From positions 133,920,001 through 133,984,000 of the forward strand of contig OX597817.1 in NCBI GenBank assembly GCA_951406725.2: a DNA stretch of 64,000 nucleotides, written 5' to 3'. The notes below the pieces were generated by a model that saw only the letters and a program-made list of their open reading frames with translations, ran no database searches and had not been told where the DNA came from. Below, piece by piece: positions 11,811-26,954 of this stretch. The position numbers and the translations under genes are program-made. This stretch comes from Octopus vulgaris. Its lineage: Eukaryota. Each line of letters opens with the position of its first letter. Position 1 is the stretch's first letter.

Positions 11811-11914
11811 TCACAGGAGAAGGCACTACTTGAAACCTTTGGTGATTTGTTATTGCCTGCTTAAAGAATAACCGGTAATTAAGAATTATCCGAGAGTCTT
11901 TCATGATAGCAAAA

Positions 11915-12245
11915 AGAAGGAGGAGGAGGAGGTGAAGAAGTTGATGATGATGATGATGATGATTATGAAGATGGAGGGGGAAGAAGAGAGAGGTGAAGAA
12001 GAAGAGAAAAAGGAGGAAGAGGGAGGAGAAGAAGACGAAAGATGAGGAGGAAGAAGAGGGAATAGGAGAAGAATAAGAAAAAGAAAAGGAGGAGGGAGGA
12101 AGAGAAGAAGAAAAAGATGATGGTGATGGTGATGATGAAGGAAGGGAGGAGGACGAGGGGAAGAAGACGGGGGGAGGGAGGAAGAAGAAGGAGGAGGAGG
12201 AGGAAGGAAGAAGAAGAAGAAGAAGAAGAAGCGACGACGACGACT
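11915..12245. repeat. Purine-rich (GAA/GGA/GAT)n low-complexity tract
   Basis: Directly visible. Confidence 0.9.
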
Positions 12246-12715
12246 TTCAAATAACCCAGGTAGGCAGTTCACAGCTAGGAAGTCGCGTATTTTCAATAGA
12301 TTGAAAAATACCAAAACCAAGGCACTGCATGTAGCCAGGGCACATACAGAGCTGCACTCGTTATTGCAGCGAAAACATGAAATAAAAACAAGACAGCTCA
12401 ATAGTTATAGCAATAACAACGGTTGATGCCTATGTTTTAGTAAATCGGATAAGAACTATATGTAGCTCATAATCATACAACAGAGATTTTGTGCACAATA
12501 TATTTCGCTGGTTCAGTGACATGAAGTAAATTTATTTACAATATACTACGGAGGAAATCAACAGTATTATATTTCAGTTTTACAATCTGTCGGGGAAATG
12601 GAATTCTTCAACTATCGACCACTGTATAGTTTCACCGTTAATCAACAGGAATATGAAAGATGGCGATAATACTTTGAACTGGAAAGAGTGTGACACAGTG
12701 AAACGCTAAACTAAA

Positions 12716-12805
<90 letters not shown>

Positions 12806-14930
12806 CACATATATATATATATATATACACACATAATCTCTTCTGATGTTGCAAACTTCATGTTACTGTCTTTCTTTTAAGAATATGTTAAATAATTCCT
12901 ATAGTACTTATATTAAACCGATTATATGAAACAAACGAGTTAGCGAGGAAGTTGGTATGTCGTGTAGCGTCACCAGTTAGAAATAACTGCCCCTTTTCAC
13001 TCTTGGATAATTGTATAATATTGTCTTTCTGACAAGAAGACGAGATCGTTCAGGCTTCATTGTCTCGAATTATCAGTCTACTGGGTCTGCATCAGTCACC
13101 ATCTGGAAACTAAAGTAGAATGTGTGAATATCTACATTGTCGCATGTTAACTTTATAACAGTAATGAGATACTAGTAATTATCACGAGACATATTTTCTT
13201 TTATATTACAGCGTTAACCTGGAGATTTTCAGCAGGAGACAATTTCGCTTATATTATAATTGTGCTCATAAATTGGTTGCTTTTGTTATTGTGTGGAATA
13301 AGGTTAGCAAACTTATAATCAGAGGAGTTCCAGTCGTGACTACGCTATATCTTTACCTAATACAGTCTAGCTAGGACTACCATATTCAATGTGAATTTTC
13401 CTCTCTTTATAAAGATAGTTGTGTGTTATATGACGGAGATTTCTAAGTAGAACGTGGGCCTGCATAGTCTCTCTCTCTCCCTCTCTTTCTCTCTCCATCT
13501 CTTTCTTTCTCCCCCCCTCTCTCTCTCTTTCTCTCTCTACTTTGACACACGTTTTTTTTAATAAGTTGGATGTAACAGTGTTATGTATGTAGGTTCCTCA
13601 TAATACAACTGCAACAATCTCCTCTGACGACTTGATTATGCAAATGTCATGGCCTTTCGCTTCTCTCACATATTGTCTTTTGCATGATGAAAGCTAGATT
13701 AGCGCAGAGAAGATAATCTTGATAAGATATAATAATGGCTTTTGCAATAACATTTGTGGGAAAGTTCCAAATGTTGTTGTCTCGATATTTTATATGACAT
13801 GAAACGAAATGAGAAATCGGTTAAATTATGCTGAGTTATTCAGGTATCGGGGGCTTCCATAAAATACAAACATAACAAAAAGTGAAACATACAGTAATAT
13901 GGATGTTGCGATAGACACAAGCAAAGACCCCATGGCTTAATTCTCTTCGTCGCCGCATATTACATACATGTTATTATTATTGAGTGAGAAAGCAATGCAT
14001 GCCATCAAAGTGACACTAGGGTACAATTATACAAAGTTCAGTATGCCCATCATGACTACCCAGGTACACACATCACAACCATATGTGCGTGACATGGTGA
14101 TCTCATATCAAGATAAACAGCACATGATCTTGCAGGTGGGGGCAGTTAGAATTTTCTTCAGGTCAAGTATCCCATCCCGCTCAAAATCTCCCTTAATAAG
14201 GTTTATTTAAGGATGTTGAACGAAACAGCCATGTTTCCATGGGTGAACTATTCAAACCCCAAAGAATTCCTATCAACATACGACTATGATTCTCCCCCAG
14301 TACTCCTGAGCACATGCCATGCGAGTGACAATGGGTACAAACATGCGATGCCCAATACACCCATCATGACTACCCGTCTACCAGACACATGCATCAAAAC
14401 CACACGTGCGTGACATAGTGATCTCATATCAAGATAAACAGCACATGACCTTGCTGGTGGAGTCCAGTTAGAATTTGCTTCAGGTCAAGAAGCGCATCCA
14501 GATGATGATCAAAACACCCATGTTTTCACGGGAATTTTTCAAGCCCCACAAAATTCATCTCAGCACTTGGTTATGATACTCCCACAGTATTCCTGCTCGT
14601 GATCAGAGGTGCACATATCGTCAGCCACTGAGGGACATGCTCAACTAGTTAAGGTTAAACAACTGACTAGCAATTCCGTGGTATTGAACAGAATATGATA
14701 ACACTTCCAATCAGTTAAGATCAGAGGCCATGAGAACCACTGCCTGGTACTGCATCAAGACATTTATTACAGAAGCAAATTTCAGTTTTGGTCTTATTCC
14801 TGGTAGGATTTATGTGGTAGCAGGTTACTACATGTAACCTTAGGTACCCACACGTTTTCGGCAGTTTTTTTAAAGTGCTTAAAACCCTTCTGATTATTAA
14901 TATTATCATTATTTATTTATTTATTTATTA

Positions 14931-15002
<72 letters not shown>

Positions 15003-15007
<5 letters not shown>

Positions 15008-15832
15008 TAGTTTTATTTTTTTCACGTGCTTTCACTTCACTACCGGGTGCAGCTCTGTGTGCCTTGGGTATGTGCCTGTGATTTGTTGTGATGCTCTGAT
15101 GGTTACTGTACTGAAAGTGTTCTGCGTAGGATGTGTGCAGTGCCTAGTAGTGCAATTATTATTAGTATTAGTATTCAGTAGTTTTATTTTTATAGTGTGC
15201 TTTCACTTCACTACCGAGCGCAGCTCTGTGTGTCTTGGGTATGTGCTGTGATTTGTTGTGATGCTCTGATGGTTACTGTATTGAAAGTGTTCTTCGTAGG
15301 ATTTGTGCAGTGCCTAGTAGTGCAATTTTCTGTATGTTATATGTGTTTGTAAGTCCTGGTGTTTTTGTTATGTATTTGTCGGAATATTTTTTTATCATAC
15401 TTAATGCGCCTACTATGATAGGAATTGTTTCTGTTTTTAGATTCCACATTCGAGTTACCTCTATTTCCAGGTCTTTGTATTTTGAAAGTGTCTCCATTTC
15501 TTTTTGAGAAACGTTGTCATCTGCTGGTATTGATACATCAATTAGAAAGCATTTTTTCTTCATGATCTCTGACAACTATATCTGGCCTATTGGCCTTAAT
15601 TTATCTATCTGAGTGTATTGGCACATCCCAGAGTATGGTTGCTTTTTCGTTTTCTGTGACCTTTTCTGGTGTCTGCCTATACCATCTGTTTTCTGTTGTT
15701 ATTCCATAGTGTTGGCATAGCTTCCAGTGTATGTAGGTCCCAACTCTGTCGTGTCTGTGAATATATTCCTTCTTAGCCAGGACTGGGCAGCCAGAGATAA
15801 TATGATTTATTGTTTCTTGTCCAGCTCCACAT
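15003..15832 (-). mobile_element. Two 5'-truncated Dong/R4-like copies (15003-15160 and 15172-15832) in (TTA)n
   Basis: CGAGQETINHIISGC...KKCFLIDVSIPADDN...IQKIALLGTAQILRRTLSIQ*; 3' end ...aaactactgaa(taa)n. Confidence 0.9.
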
Positions 15833-15891
15833 ATTATTATTATTATTATTATTATCATTATTATTATTATTATTATTACTATTATTATTAC

Positions 15892-16920
<1,029 letters not shown>

Positions 16921-17230
16921 AAATTTGCCGCGATTTATTCCTAGCGTCCCCTCCCCCTCCCCACTACAAATATAGACCACTTTCTGCAGCTAATTCAAGA
17001 CAACTGAATTTCACAAATAAAACTTAAACCTAATTAACCTATTAATATAGTTTTTCATCTATAACCTCATTTTGACCACTTTATTATCATCCCCCTTTTC
17101 TTCAACGCCCCCAGGGGTCACTTTGAGTTTCTATTTCTTTTGGTAGCTATGTTTCTGGGCATAACTGTTTAGTGATGTTTTAAACTGAGTGACTAATTTC
17201 CTCCTTTTTATATTCGTTTTTGAGAAAAGT

Positions 17231-17440
17231 CGGTGGGCTGGCAGAAACGTTTGTATGCCGGGCGAAATACTTAGCTGTATTTCGTCTGCCTTTACGTTCT
17301 GAGTTCAAATTCCGCCGAGGTCGACTTTGCAGTTCATCCTTTCGGGGGTCGATAACTTAAGTATCAGTTGCATACAGGAATTGATCTAATCGACTAGGCC
17401 CCTCCACCAAAATTTCGGGCCTTGTACCTAGAGTAGAAAA
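17231..17440 (+). mobile_element. tRNA-derived SINE, family A
   Basis: gggctggcagaaacgtt...gttcaaattccgccgaggtcgactttg. Confidence 0.75.
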
Positions 17441-17951
17441 GACATTCATTTGTGAGGAGTCGCTTTGTTTTTGTTTGGTAGCGGCGTCGCTCGTGACACG
17501 TGTTTTTCTTTTATTTTCTGTGTGTCATGTAGGCATTATTTATGTTGCATGTACATATTATCACGTGCTCATGGATGCATGGACAGTTGCATGTATAGGT
17601 AAGTTTTCAATTTACGTACTTACTGTGTATTAGTGCGTTTTTCCATGGTTCCGAGAGCTGGTTTCGACGTCGTGTGTATGTCACATTGAGATATCACGCA
17701 TTTAAGAAAGAACATACACTGCATGTAACAAAAATCTTCCCCATTTTTAGTTCCATTACTTTAACAGGACTTTTCCCATAGATGTATCGCGAAGTTTTTC
17801 TTCCATTGCACCGATGTTATTGGATTAATATTGTTTTGTGGGGAGAGATTCTTAGTGTAGGTCCATATTCTTATTTAGCCCGAAGCTATTCTTATCATCA
17901 TTCTTCTTTTTCTTTCGCCCTTGTGGCAAATAAATGAAATCATCATCATCG

Positions 17952-17999
<48 letters not shown>

Positions 18000-18019
18000 C
18001 ATCATCATCATTATTATTA

Positions 18020-18066
<47 letters not shown>

Positions 18067-18077
18067 GTTATTATAAT

Positions 18078-19360
18078 TCAGTAGTTATATTTTTATAACG
18101 TGCTTTCACTTCCCTACCGAGCGCAGTTCTGTGTGGCTTGGGTGTGTGCTGTGGTTTGTTGTGATGCTCGTATGGTTACTGTACTGAAAGTGTTCTGCGT
18201 AGGATGAATGCAGTGCCTAGTACTGCAATTTTGTGTATGTTATATATATTTGTTAGTCCTGGTATTTTTTTTTTAATGTATTTGTCTGAATATTTTTTTT
18301 TTATCATACCTATCATACTATGGTAGGAATTGTTTCCGTTTTTAGATTCCACATTGGAGTTACCTCTATTCCCAGGTCTTTGCCTTTTGAAAGTTTCTCC
18401 ATTTCTTTTAGAGAAACGTTGTCATCTGCTGGTATTGATACATCAATTAGAAAGCATTTTTTCTTCATGATCTCTGACAACTATATCTGGTCTGTTGGCC
18501 TTAATTTCTCTATCTGTGTGTATTGGCATATCCCAGTGTATGGTTGCTTTCTCGTTTTCTGTGACCTTTTCTGGCGGGTGCCTATACCATCTTTTTTCTG
18601 TTGTTATTCCATAGTGTTTGCATAGCTTCCAGTGTAGGTCCCAACTCTGTCGTGTCTGTGAATATATTCCTTCTTAGCCAGGACTGGGCAGCCAGAGATA
18701 AAATGATTTATTGTTTCTTCTCCATCTCCACAGATTCTGCATTTACTTGTTATGTTTCTTTTCATTATATGTTTTTGGTAATTTCTGGTGGGGAGACTTT
18801 GGTTTTGTGCTGCAATTAAAAATCCCTCTGTCTCTGCTTTGAGTCCTGAGCTTCTCAACCATTGCTTAGATTTTTCTCTGTCTATTTCTTTTGCGTTTAG
18901 TTTAGCCCAGTATTTGCCATGAGGGTGCTTTTCTTGCCATCGTTTTATAATGGTCTGTTGCTGTTCTAGTTTTAGTTTTGATTTCATATGTTTTATAACT
19001 TTTGTTGTTGTTTCTTCTTCTTCTTCATATTTGTTAGGTAGTATGACTTCTTGTTTGTATTTGTCAGCTTCCTTAAATACTGAAAACAGTATTTTGTTTT
19101 GCTCGTGTTTTGTGGCTATTTCTATCAGTTTTTCTTGCTTCTGAAGTAGGTATTTTTGCAGTCTTATGATGGTTATTGTATAATAGTTTTCCAGCTGTAT
19201 AAGGCTTCTACCACCTTCTATACGTTGCATATATAGCCTTTCTATGTCAGATTTTGGCTGGTGCATCCTAGATCCTGTCATGATTTTTCTTGTTTTCCTG
19301 TCTATTTTGGTTAGTTCATTTAGTGTCCAGTTAAAGACTGTTGTACTTAAGGATATTGTC
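18078..19360 (-). mobile_element. 5'-truncated Dong/R4-like retrotransposon (thumb, CCHC, RLE)
   Basis: ORF 18604-19281: RLYMQRIEGGRSL...WLRSSGLKAETEG...CRICGDGEETINHFISGC; between (TTA)n tracts. Confidence 0.9.
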
Positions 19361-19448
<88 letters not shown>

Positions 19449-19452
<4 letters not shown>

Positions 19453-22400
19453 TAGTTTAAATTGTATAGTGTGCTTTCACTTCACTACCGAGCGCAGCTC
19501 TGTGTGTCTTGGGTATGTGCTGTGATTTGTTGTGATGATCTGATGGTTATTATATGGAAAGTATTCTGCGTAGGATGTGTGCAGTGCCTAGTAGTGCAAT
19601 TTTCTGTATGTTATATGTGTTTGTAAGTCCTGGTGTTTTTGTTATGTATTTGTCTGAATATTTTTTTATCATGCCTAATGCACCTACTATGAAAGGAATT
19701 GTTTCTGTTCTTAGATTCCACATTGTGGTTACCTCTATTTCCAGGTCTTTGTATTTTGAAAGTTTCTCAATTTCTTTTAGAGACACGTTGTCATCTGCCG
19801 GTATTGATACATAAATTAGAAAGCATTTCTTTTCTTCATGATCTCTGACAACTATATCTGGTCTGTTGGCCTTAATTTCTCTATCTGTGTGTATTGGCAC
19901 ATCCTAGAGTATGGTTGCTTTCTCGTTTTCTGTGACCTTTTCTGGTGTGTGCCTATACCATCTTTTTTCTGTTGTTATTCCATAATGTTGGCATAGTTTC
20001 CAGTGTATGTAGATTCCAACTCTGTCATGTCTGTGAATATATTCCTTCTTAGCCAGGACTGGTCAGCCAGAGATTAAATGATTTATTGTTTTTTCTCCAT
20101 CTCCACATATTCTGCAGTTACTTGTTTTATTTCTTTTCATTACATGTTTTTGGTAATTTCTGGTGGGGGGGGCTTTGGTCTTGTGCTGCAATTAAAAATC
20201 CCTCTGTTTCTGCTTTGAGTCCTGAGCTTCTCAACCATTGCTGGGATTTTTCTTTGTCTATTTCTATTGCATTTAGTTTAGTCCAGTATTTAACATGAGG
20301 GGGCTTTTCTGGCCATCGTTTTATCATGGTTCTTTGCTGTTCTAGTTTTACTTTGGATTTCCATTGTTTTATAGCTTTTGTTGTTTCTTCATCTTCTTCT
20401 TCTTCTTCATATTTGTTAGGTGGTATGATTTCTTGTTTGTATTTGTCAGCTTCCTTAAATACTGAGAACAGTTTTTTGTTTTGCTCGTGTTTTGCCGCTA
20501 TTTGTATCATTTTCCCTTCCTTCTGATGTAGATATTCTTGCAGTCCTATGGTGGTTATTTTATTGTAGTTTTCCAGCTGTATAAGGCCTCTACCACCTTC
20601 TATACGTTGTATATATAGTCTTTCTATGTCAGATTTTGGGTGATGCATCCTAGATCCTGTTATTATTTTTCGTGTTTTCCTATCTATTTTGGTCAGTTCA
20701 TTTAGTGTCCAGTTAAGGATATTGTAGCTGTAACTTATAACTGGGACAGCTAAAGTGTTAATACCTATTATCTTGTTTTTAGCATTGAGCTGTTTTTAGT
20801 ATTGATCTAACTCGTCTATAATATTCTTTTTTTTATTTTCTCTTTCATTTGTATGTGTTGTGTCTTATCTAGTTCATGGATTCGTAAGTATGTGCAAGTT
20901 TGGCTTTGGTCTAATTCTTTTATTTCATTGGTTTTATCTAGTGTGATGTTGTTACTCTTAACTAGTTTTCCTCTTTTCATGGTTACTTTGGCGCATTTTT
21001 CTAATCCAAATTTCATATCTATTTCTTTGGTAAATCCATGCCAGCTGTTTGTCATTTGCAGCGTATAGTTTTAGGTCATCCATATATAAAATGTGGCTGA
21101 TCTTGCCGTAACATTTATATCCGCATCCAGTACTATTTAGCATATCAGATAGAGGTGACAGTGCCAAGCAGAAAAGGAGTGGAGAGAGCGTGTCTCCCTG
21201 GAATATTCCTCTTCTAATGGGGATGGCTTTGGTTTTTATGAGTCCCTCTTTTGTTTGGAGCTGTAGCACTGTTTGCCATTTATTCATAGAGTGTCCTATG
21301 AATTTTATGATTGTTGGTACTACTTTGTTAATGGCTAGTGTTTCGAGGATCCATGTGTGGGGGATGCTATCAAACGCCTTTTTGTAGTCGATCCAGACCA
21401 TACTGAGGCCTTTCCTCTTTCTGTGGCTGTCTTAAGTTATGACTTTATTAATCATTAGTTGATCTTTACAGCCATATGAGCGTTTGCGGCATCCTTTCTG
21501 CTCTTCTGGGAACAGGTTGTTTTCGTCCAGGTGCTTGTTCAACCTTTGCGATATCACTGCAGTAAATGCCATGTACATTGTAGGGAGACAGGTTATTGGT
21601 CTGTAGTTTCTGGTTTTGCTGTCTCATTTGATTTGAGAATTAAGATAATTTTCCCCTTCGTGAGCCATTCAGGCATTGTCTCTGGCTCTGCCAGTATGTT
21701 GTTAAAATTTTCAGCCAGCTTTTTGTGCATTCATGTTAGATATTTCAACCAGAAGTTGGGGATCTTGTCATGCGCAGGTTCCTTCCAGTTGCTTAGTCTT
21801 TGCAGTGCCTGGGTGACCGCTTCAGTTGTTATGGGGGTCCAAAGTTGCTCAGATGCTGAGTTTGTTGTTTTAATACTCCTTTTTTTGGTTGTTCGTTCGC
21901 CGACCATATTTCTCTCCAGAATTCTTCCACTTCTTCTGCCGTTGGTGCTGCAGTGATTTCTATTTTATTTTTGCCAAGTTCTTGGTAGAACTTTTTGTGG
22001 CTGGAGTTGAACTTTTTGTTTTGTTCAAAGAAGAACTGGCGTTTCTCGTACCGGCGGATCCTTTGTGCTTTGGCAAGGATATCTTGCTTTAGCTTTTCTT
22101 TTATCTCAGGTAAATCTTTTTCTGTGATGTTGTATTTGCGGAGTATTTTTGTTTTCTTTTTGTTGCTCAGTAGCGTTGATTGTCTACTGATTTCATTAAG
22201 AATCGACAGATCTTTTTTCATTTTTTGTATTTTGTTTTGGATGTTATTTATCCACAGGATTTGTTTGGGTGGTGGTACTCCTGTTTGGACGGGTTTGAGT
22301 GAGTATCCAGCTTCTTTTGTGACTACAGTGGCTGCTGCGTATACTAAGACATTTAGCTCAGTGATATCGCTTTTTGTTTCAGTGGCTATTAGTTCCGTGA

Positions 22401-22678
22401 CGGCTAGGTTTATGCTGTTTATAATTGGTGTTGTTGTTTCGTCTATTTTGATTTTTGGGAGGTATGGTCGGTGGTCCATTTTGAGCTCTGTGGTTTTCAG
22501 CTTTTTGATTATTCTACTTTTTATATTATCATAATCATTAGGCTCCCCTTCGTTGTTTCCAGGTTTTAGATTTGTGTCATTTTCTTTCTTATTTGTATGT
22601 TTGTTTATCGTGTTTTGGCTTGCTGTTTGTCGTGTATTATTATGCATCCTTACGTTCTGGGTTTGTTGTTTTTTGTTT
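19449..22678 (-). mobile_element. Near full-length but frameshifted Dong/R4-clade non-LTR retrotransposon (RT, CCHC, RLE)
   Basis: WIDYKKAFDSIPH, GIFQGDTLSPLLF and HILYMDDLKLY (RT); RPDIVV...SIP...KLSKY (RLE); inserted in (TTA)n as known for Dong. Confidence 0.92.
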
Positions 22679-22690
22679 CTTCTTCTTCTT

Positions 22691-22792
<102 letters not shown>

Positions 22793-24473
22793 GCAGGTGC
22801 TTAGCGCATTTCCTCCGTCTTTACATTCTGAGTTCAAATTTCGACTTTGCTTTTCATCCTTTCGGGGTCTTTAAATTAATTAACAGTGAAACATTGGGGT
22901 CGACTAGTCCTCACCCTCAAAATTTCAGGACTTGTGCCTTTAGTAGAAAGGGTTATTATTATTATTATTATTATTATTATTGTTGTTGTTGTTATTATTA
23001 TCATTATTATTGAGTGAGATAGCAGCGCATATCATCAAAGTGACACTGGGGTACAGATATATGAAGTGCAACATATCCATCATTGCTACCCGTCCGATAA
23101 GGGTACATAAGGAACATATACCACAACTATATGTAAGCAGTTCTTTTATACAATCCGTTGGCCTATAACCTGATTGTGAGTAGAATTAAACTCTCCTAAG
23201 TTGTAGCTTAAACATAGTCTTCCGAACGGTATTTCACTGCTGAATATATTACGTGTTATAAAGATGCGAAGGCCCTTTCGTTTGTTTCATATCGGTGACA
23301 CACTCTTCGTTGTCCATAAGTTTGTGATAGTTAGATAAAATGAATGTATATTAAAAACTAACTAATAAAACTAATAACCAGCATTTGAAATATGTTATCA
23401 ATTACAATATATATATCGATACGTTGTTTCAAGTGCTGTATAAACTTCAGAGAAAACCCAGCAACAATACGGAGTGTTTTATAGTGGAATTATTACTATT
23501 TTCACATCATGGTGTCTCTGGGAAGGAATAAAGAAAAACAAACAAACAAATAGAAATCTTTAAAAATAACACCAAAAGCAATAACTGAATAAAGATGGCG
23601 AGAACCATTCATTTTGGAACTTCCGCGAGAAATTACTCGCTGAGCTGTGAAGCTTGATAACTTAATCTCTTAAGGTTTCCGTAAATGTGTCTTCAATGAA
23701 AATTCTTTGAGAAAGATTTTGTTTTGTAGCAAGTTAAGGTTATCCATATTGTTGAAAGAAGCAAGACAATTATCAGCACCAAAGTTTTCGCGTTCTTTAG
23801 AAACTAGTCCCAGTGCAATTTCGCTTTAAATCAGACGCTTCGAAGATAATTCTAATTAATATTTTGGTTTCTGTCAACTGCTTTGGCTTCGAAATCTTTC
23901 ATCAAAAGAAAATGACACTTCCCCCACGTTTTCGTATTGTCTTTCCATTTTCTCACCCCTCTTATATTCTCCTATGAAGCTGTTTGGCAAATTTAAACTA
24001 TTTTACTTCTTGCAGTTTAGTGCGGGGATTGGCGGTTTTTGTTTTGTTTTTTGTTTTTTTACAGTGAACATTTTGAAATCACTTCACAGAATCTGTTGAA
24101 ATGGTTTTGAAATGTTTGTACTTTTCAAGATAGAACGCTGCAAAGTCGTTTGCGGGTCTATTTTTGTGTTTTTTCTTCATTTTTGTATTTTATGTTATAT
24201 TCAAGTCAGTCAGTTCAACTTCAGACGTGTTACCATAAACATAACTTCTTCAAGAGGTTTAACAATTTTAATGATATTCACCGCATCACAGGAATCCTCT
24301 TTTAAAACATTTCCAGAAGCATCAAGGAAATTAGTTGGTCCATAATAATTATAAAACAAGGTATCAACTTTACACTGAAATCAATTTAGAACAAATTAAT
24401 TAATTAATACATATTATATAATACTACGATTCATTTACGATGCACGCTTTTATAATTTGAATAAGGCCGCTAG

Positions 24474-24665
24474 AATCTGTTGCACGCTAGGCAAAATGCT
24501 TAGCGGCATTCCTTCTGGCTATACGTTCTGAGTTCAAATTCCGCTGACTTCGACTTTGTTTTTTTATCCTTTCGGGTCGATAAAACAAGGACCAGTTGAG
24601 CACTGAGGTCGATGTAATCGAATTATCCTCTTCGCCGAAATTGCTAGGTTTGTGCTAAAATTTGA
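24474..24665 (+). mobile_element. tRNA-derived SINE, family A (another at ~22790-22950)
   Basis: Homology to 17231-17440. Confidence 0.65.
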
Positions 24666-25989
24666 TTACCATAATTAGAATTCGGTAAGTGGTAAAAATT
24701 AAAAACGGATGGTCTAATGGTTAGGATGCTACACCGACAATCGCAAACAAGATCCTGATTTCGGTATTTAGACCGGTTGGTGCGTTGTGTTCTGGATCAA
24801 AGCACTTCATTTTACGTCGCTCCAGTACACTCAACCGTAAATGGGTAACTCTGCGAGGGACTGGTGTCACGTACAGGGGTTGTTGGGATCTCAGTTTTTT
24901 TATACGCCGTCGAATCCGGATGACCGGTCAATGGATTCAAGGACTCAAGACAGTAATGTCCAGAAGTGGATGATGATGATGACCGGTAAACGATGTCCTG
25001 TTATTTGGCTGCAAAACAACGGTCGGAAGCCTTTCTTGCATCGCCCAGTAAAAAAATCTCGTTCAAGTCTCGCAAATGGCGTGCATCCATCGCACTGCTT
25101 CTGACACAAAACACAAAAAGTATGGAATTACTTATGTAAGTCATTCCGAGGGAATAAATCAGATATTGGGAAGAAAAAGAAAAAGAGAGAGGAAAGCAAT
25201 CATAGAATTAGAAAACAAGGAAGCCACAGAGAATGGTAGAGAAAAATATAAGATTCTATGGATAGATTCGCCATTCAGCTCAGTCACCTCTGGGCTGGGA
25301 AGGATGAAGAATCAAGGAATGTGGCAGACTTTCTCTGCTATTCGTAATTCATACACATTTCTTCGTACACATCTGCGTGAGTAATCGCGCTCATGTATAT
25401 GTATATAAACTATATGTATGCGCACATACACAAAAGTATGTACATACACGTGGACACACACACACACACACGCACACAAATATGTATGTATCCACGCAGG
25501 TTATTCATGTTTTACGCATCAAAAAATATATTGTCAATCATTAAGCGGTCAATTAGTAAGATATCGTTAAACTCCAACACGTTATTACTTAACAGCAAAT
25601 TTAAGAGGAAACGGCTTGCATATAAATATGTATAATTGCTTAAAATGATCTTTACAAGCTACATATTTAACGTAAAAGCGAAGGGCTTAAATTTCACATA
25701 GACTCCGACTATATATACATTTTATGTTTTTTATGCTAAATATGTTTTTAGCTGTAAAAACTTGCATCGCTACTTATATCAAGAAAACAGTGTCATATCA
25801 CGCCACCTGTAATTGTGAGTGGCACTCTGCTAAAATCCTCAATCGTTCCAATTAAGAAGGCTTTGTATCATCATGGATCCCTTCTGACGAAAACACATCC
25901 TTTACATAGCTAGAGTCATTTCCCAAACATTAGCTTTCCTTTTTAGAGCCAGAGGTTATATTTGCTACTAACAGCTGCTAACACCCGAC

Positions 25990-26362
25990 AATGCTCAAAT
26001 AATGTCACGATGGAATACTGGCCCTAGATCTGAGATTGTGCTGCTGCTATTCCTACTGGCTTCCTGGATCCAAATGACATTCTATCTGTGGCACACACCA
26101 CCACCACCCCTCACCTCTTTCTGCCCACAGGCATTCTGTCTCGTCTCTCTGTTATTTCGGATCACTGTAATGCCATCTGTTCTTTGGTGCTGGCTGACCT
26201 CATACTTTCATCACTCAGGCGCCCCTGACCCACTTGTCTCTCGACCTCTCATCTCTCTTAGTGCATCCAGCCTCAGCCTGGCCTCAGGCTAACCTTTGTC
26301 TCCAGACCATTTTCCATAGAACATTGACCATCTGGAATCTCTTTCCCACTCATGCCTTCCCT
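25990..26362 (+). pseudogene. Old CR1/L2-group LINE 3' remnant
   Basis: Ends with RTLTIWNLFPTHAFP, resembling the conserved R-x3-WN-x-LP C-terminal motif. Confidence 0.35.
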
Positions 26363-26365
26363 GCA

Positions 26366-26730
26366 GGTTAGTTAAGTTAAGTTAATTTTTTGGCTCAAAA
26401 AGCAAAAAGCAAGGCCATGTAGGGGGACATGGAGTTAAGTACAGAGTGGTGTTCATGCAAAGAGTTCAGGCCATTTCTGGTCAAGGGAGACTTTGAACCG
26501 AGCGATCGTCGGCATCTTCACTATCTCGTCCGGCAGCTTATTCCACGGATCCGCAACCCGGACGGAGAAAGCCCCTCTCCTTCGATTGAGATGAAATCGT
26601 CGCAGATAGAGCTGGTGTTGATCTCCAGCTGTTTAAATAGAACATAGACGTCATCGGTCTCCCTAGTTTCCGAACGAGTGCAAGTGTCATGGGCCCTGCC
26701 CCCTGCCTCCGCATTCGACAAGAGAAAAAT
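26366..26730 (-). mobile_element. CR1-type LINE 3' end with internal deletion and (TTAAC)n tail
   Basis: LYLRRFHLNRRRGAFSVRVADPWNKLPDEIVKMPTIARFKVSLDQKWPELFA*, fused to DDVYVLFKQLEINTSS (pre-RT motif). Confidence 0.75.
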
Positions 26731-26879
26731 GCACACACGCACCCCTTACATACACAAACATGTATTTGAGTGTGCCGCCTCAGACTACGTAACAAATGTG
26801 CACATGAAAGATGTTTTTATGTATGTAGTGGGGTGTTCATACATTACACATACACACACATATACATACATACACACAC

Positions 26880-26950
<71 letters not shown>

Positions 26951-26954
26951 TATA

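Noticed and set aside
23600-24300. Possible hAT transposase remnant
   Set aside because: Too degraded; no motif I can support by eye
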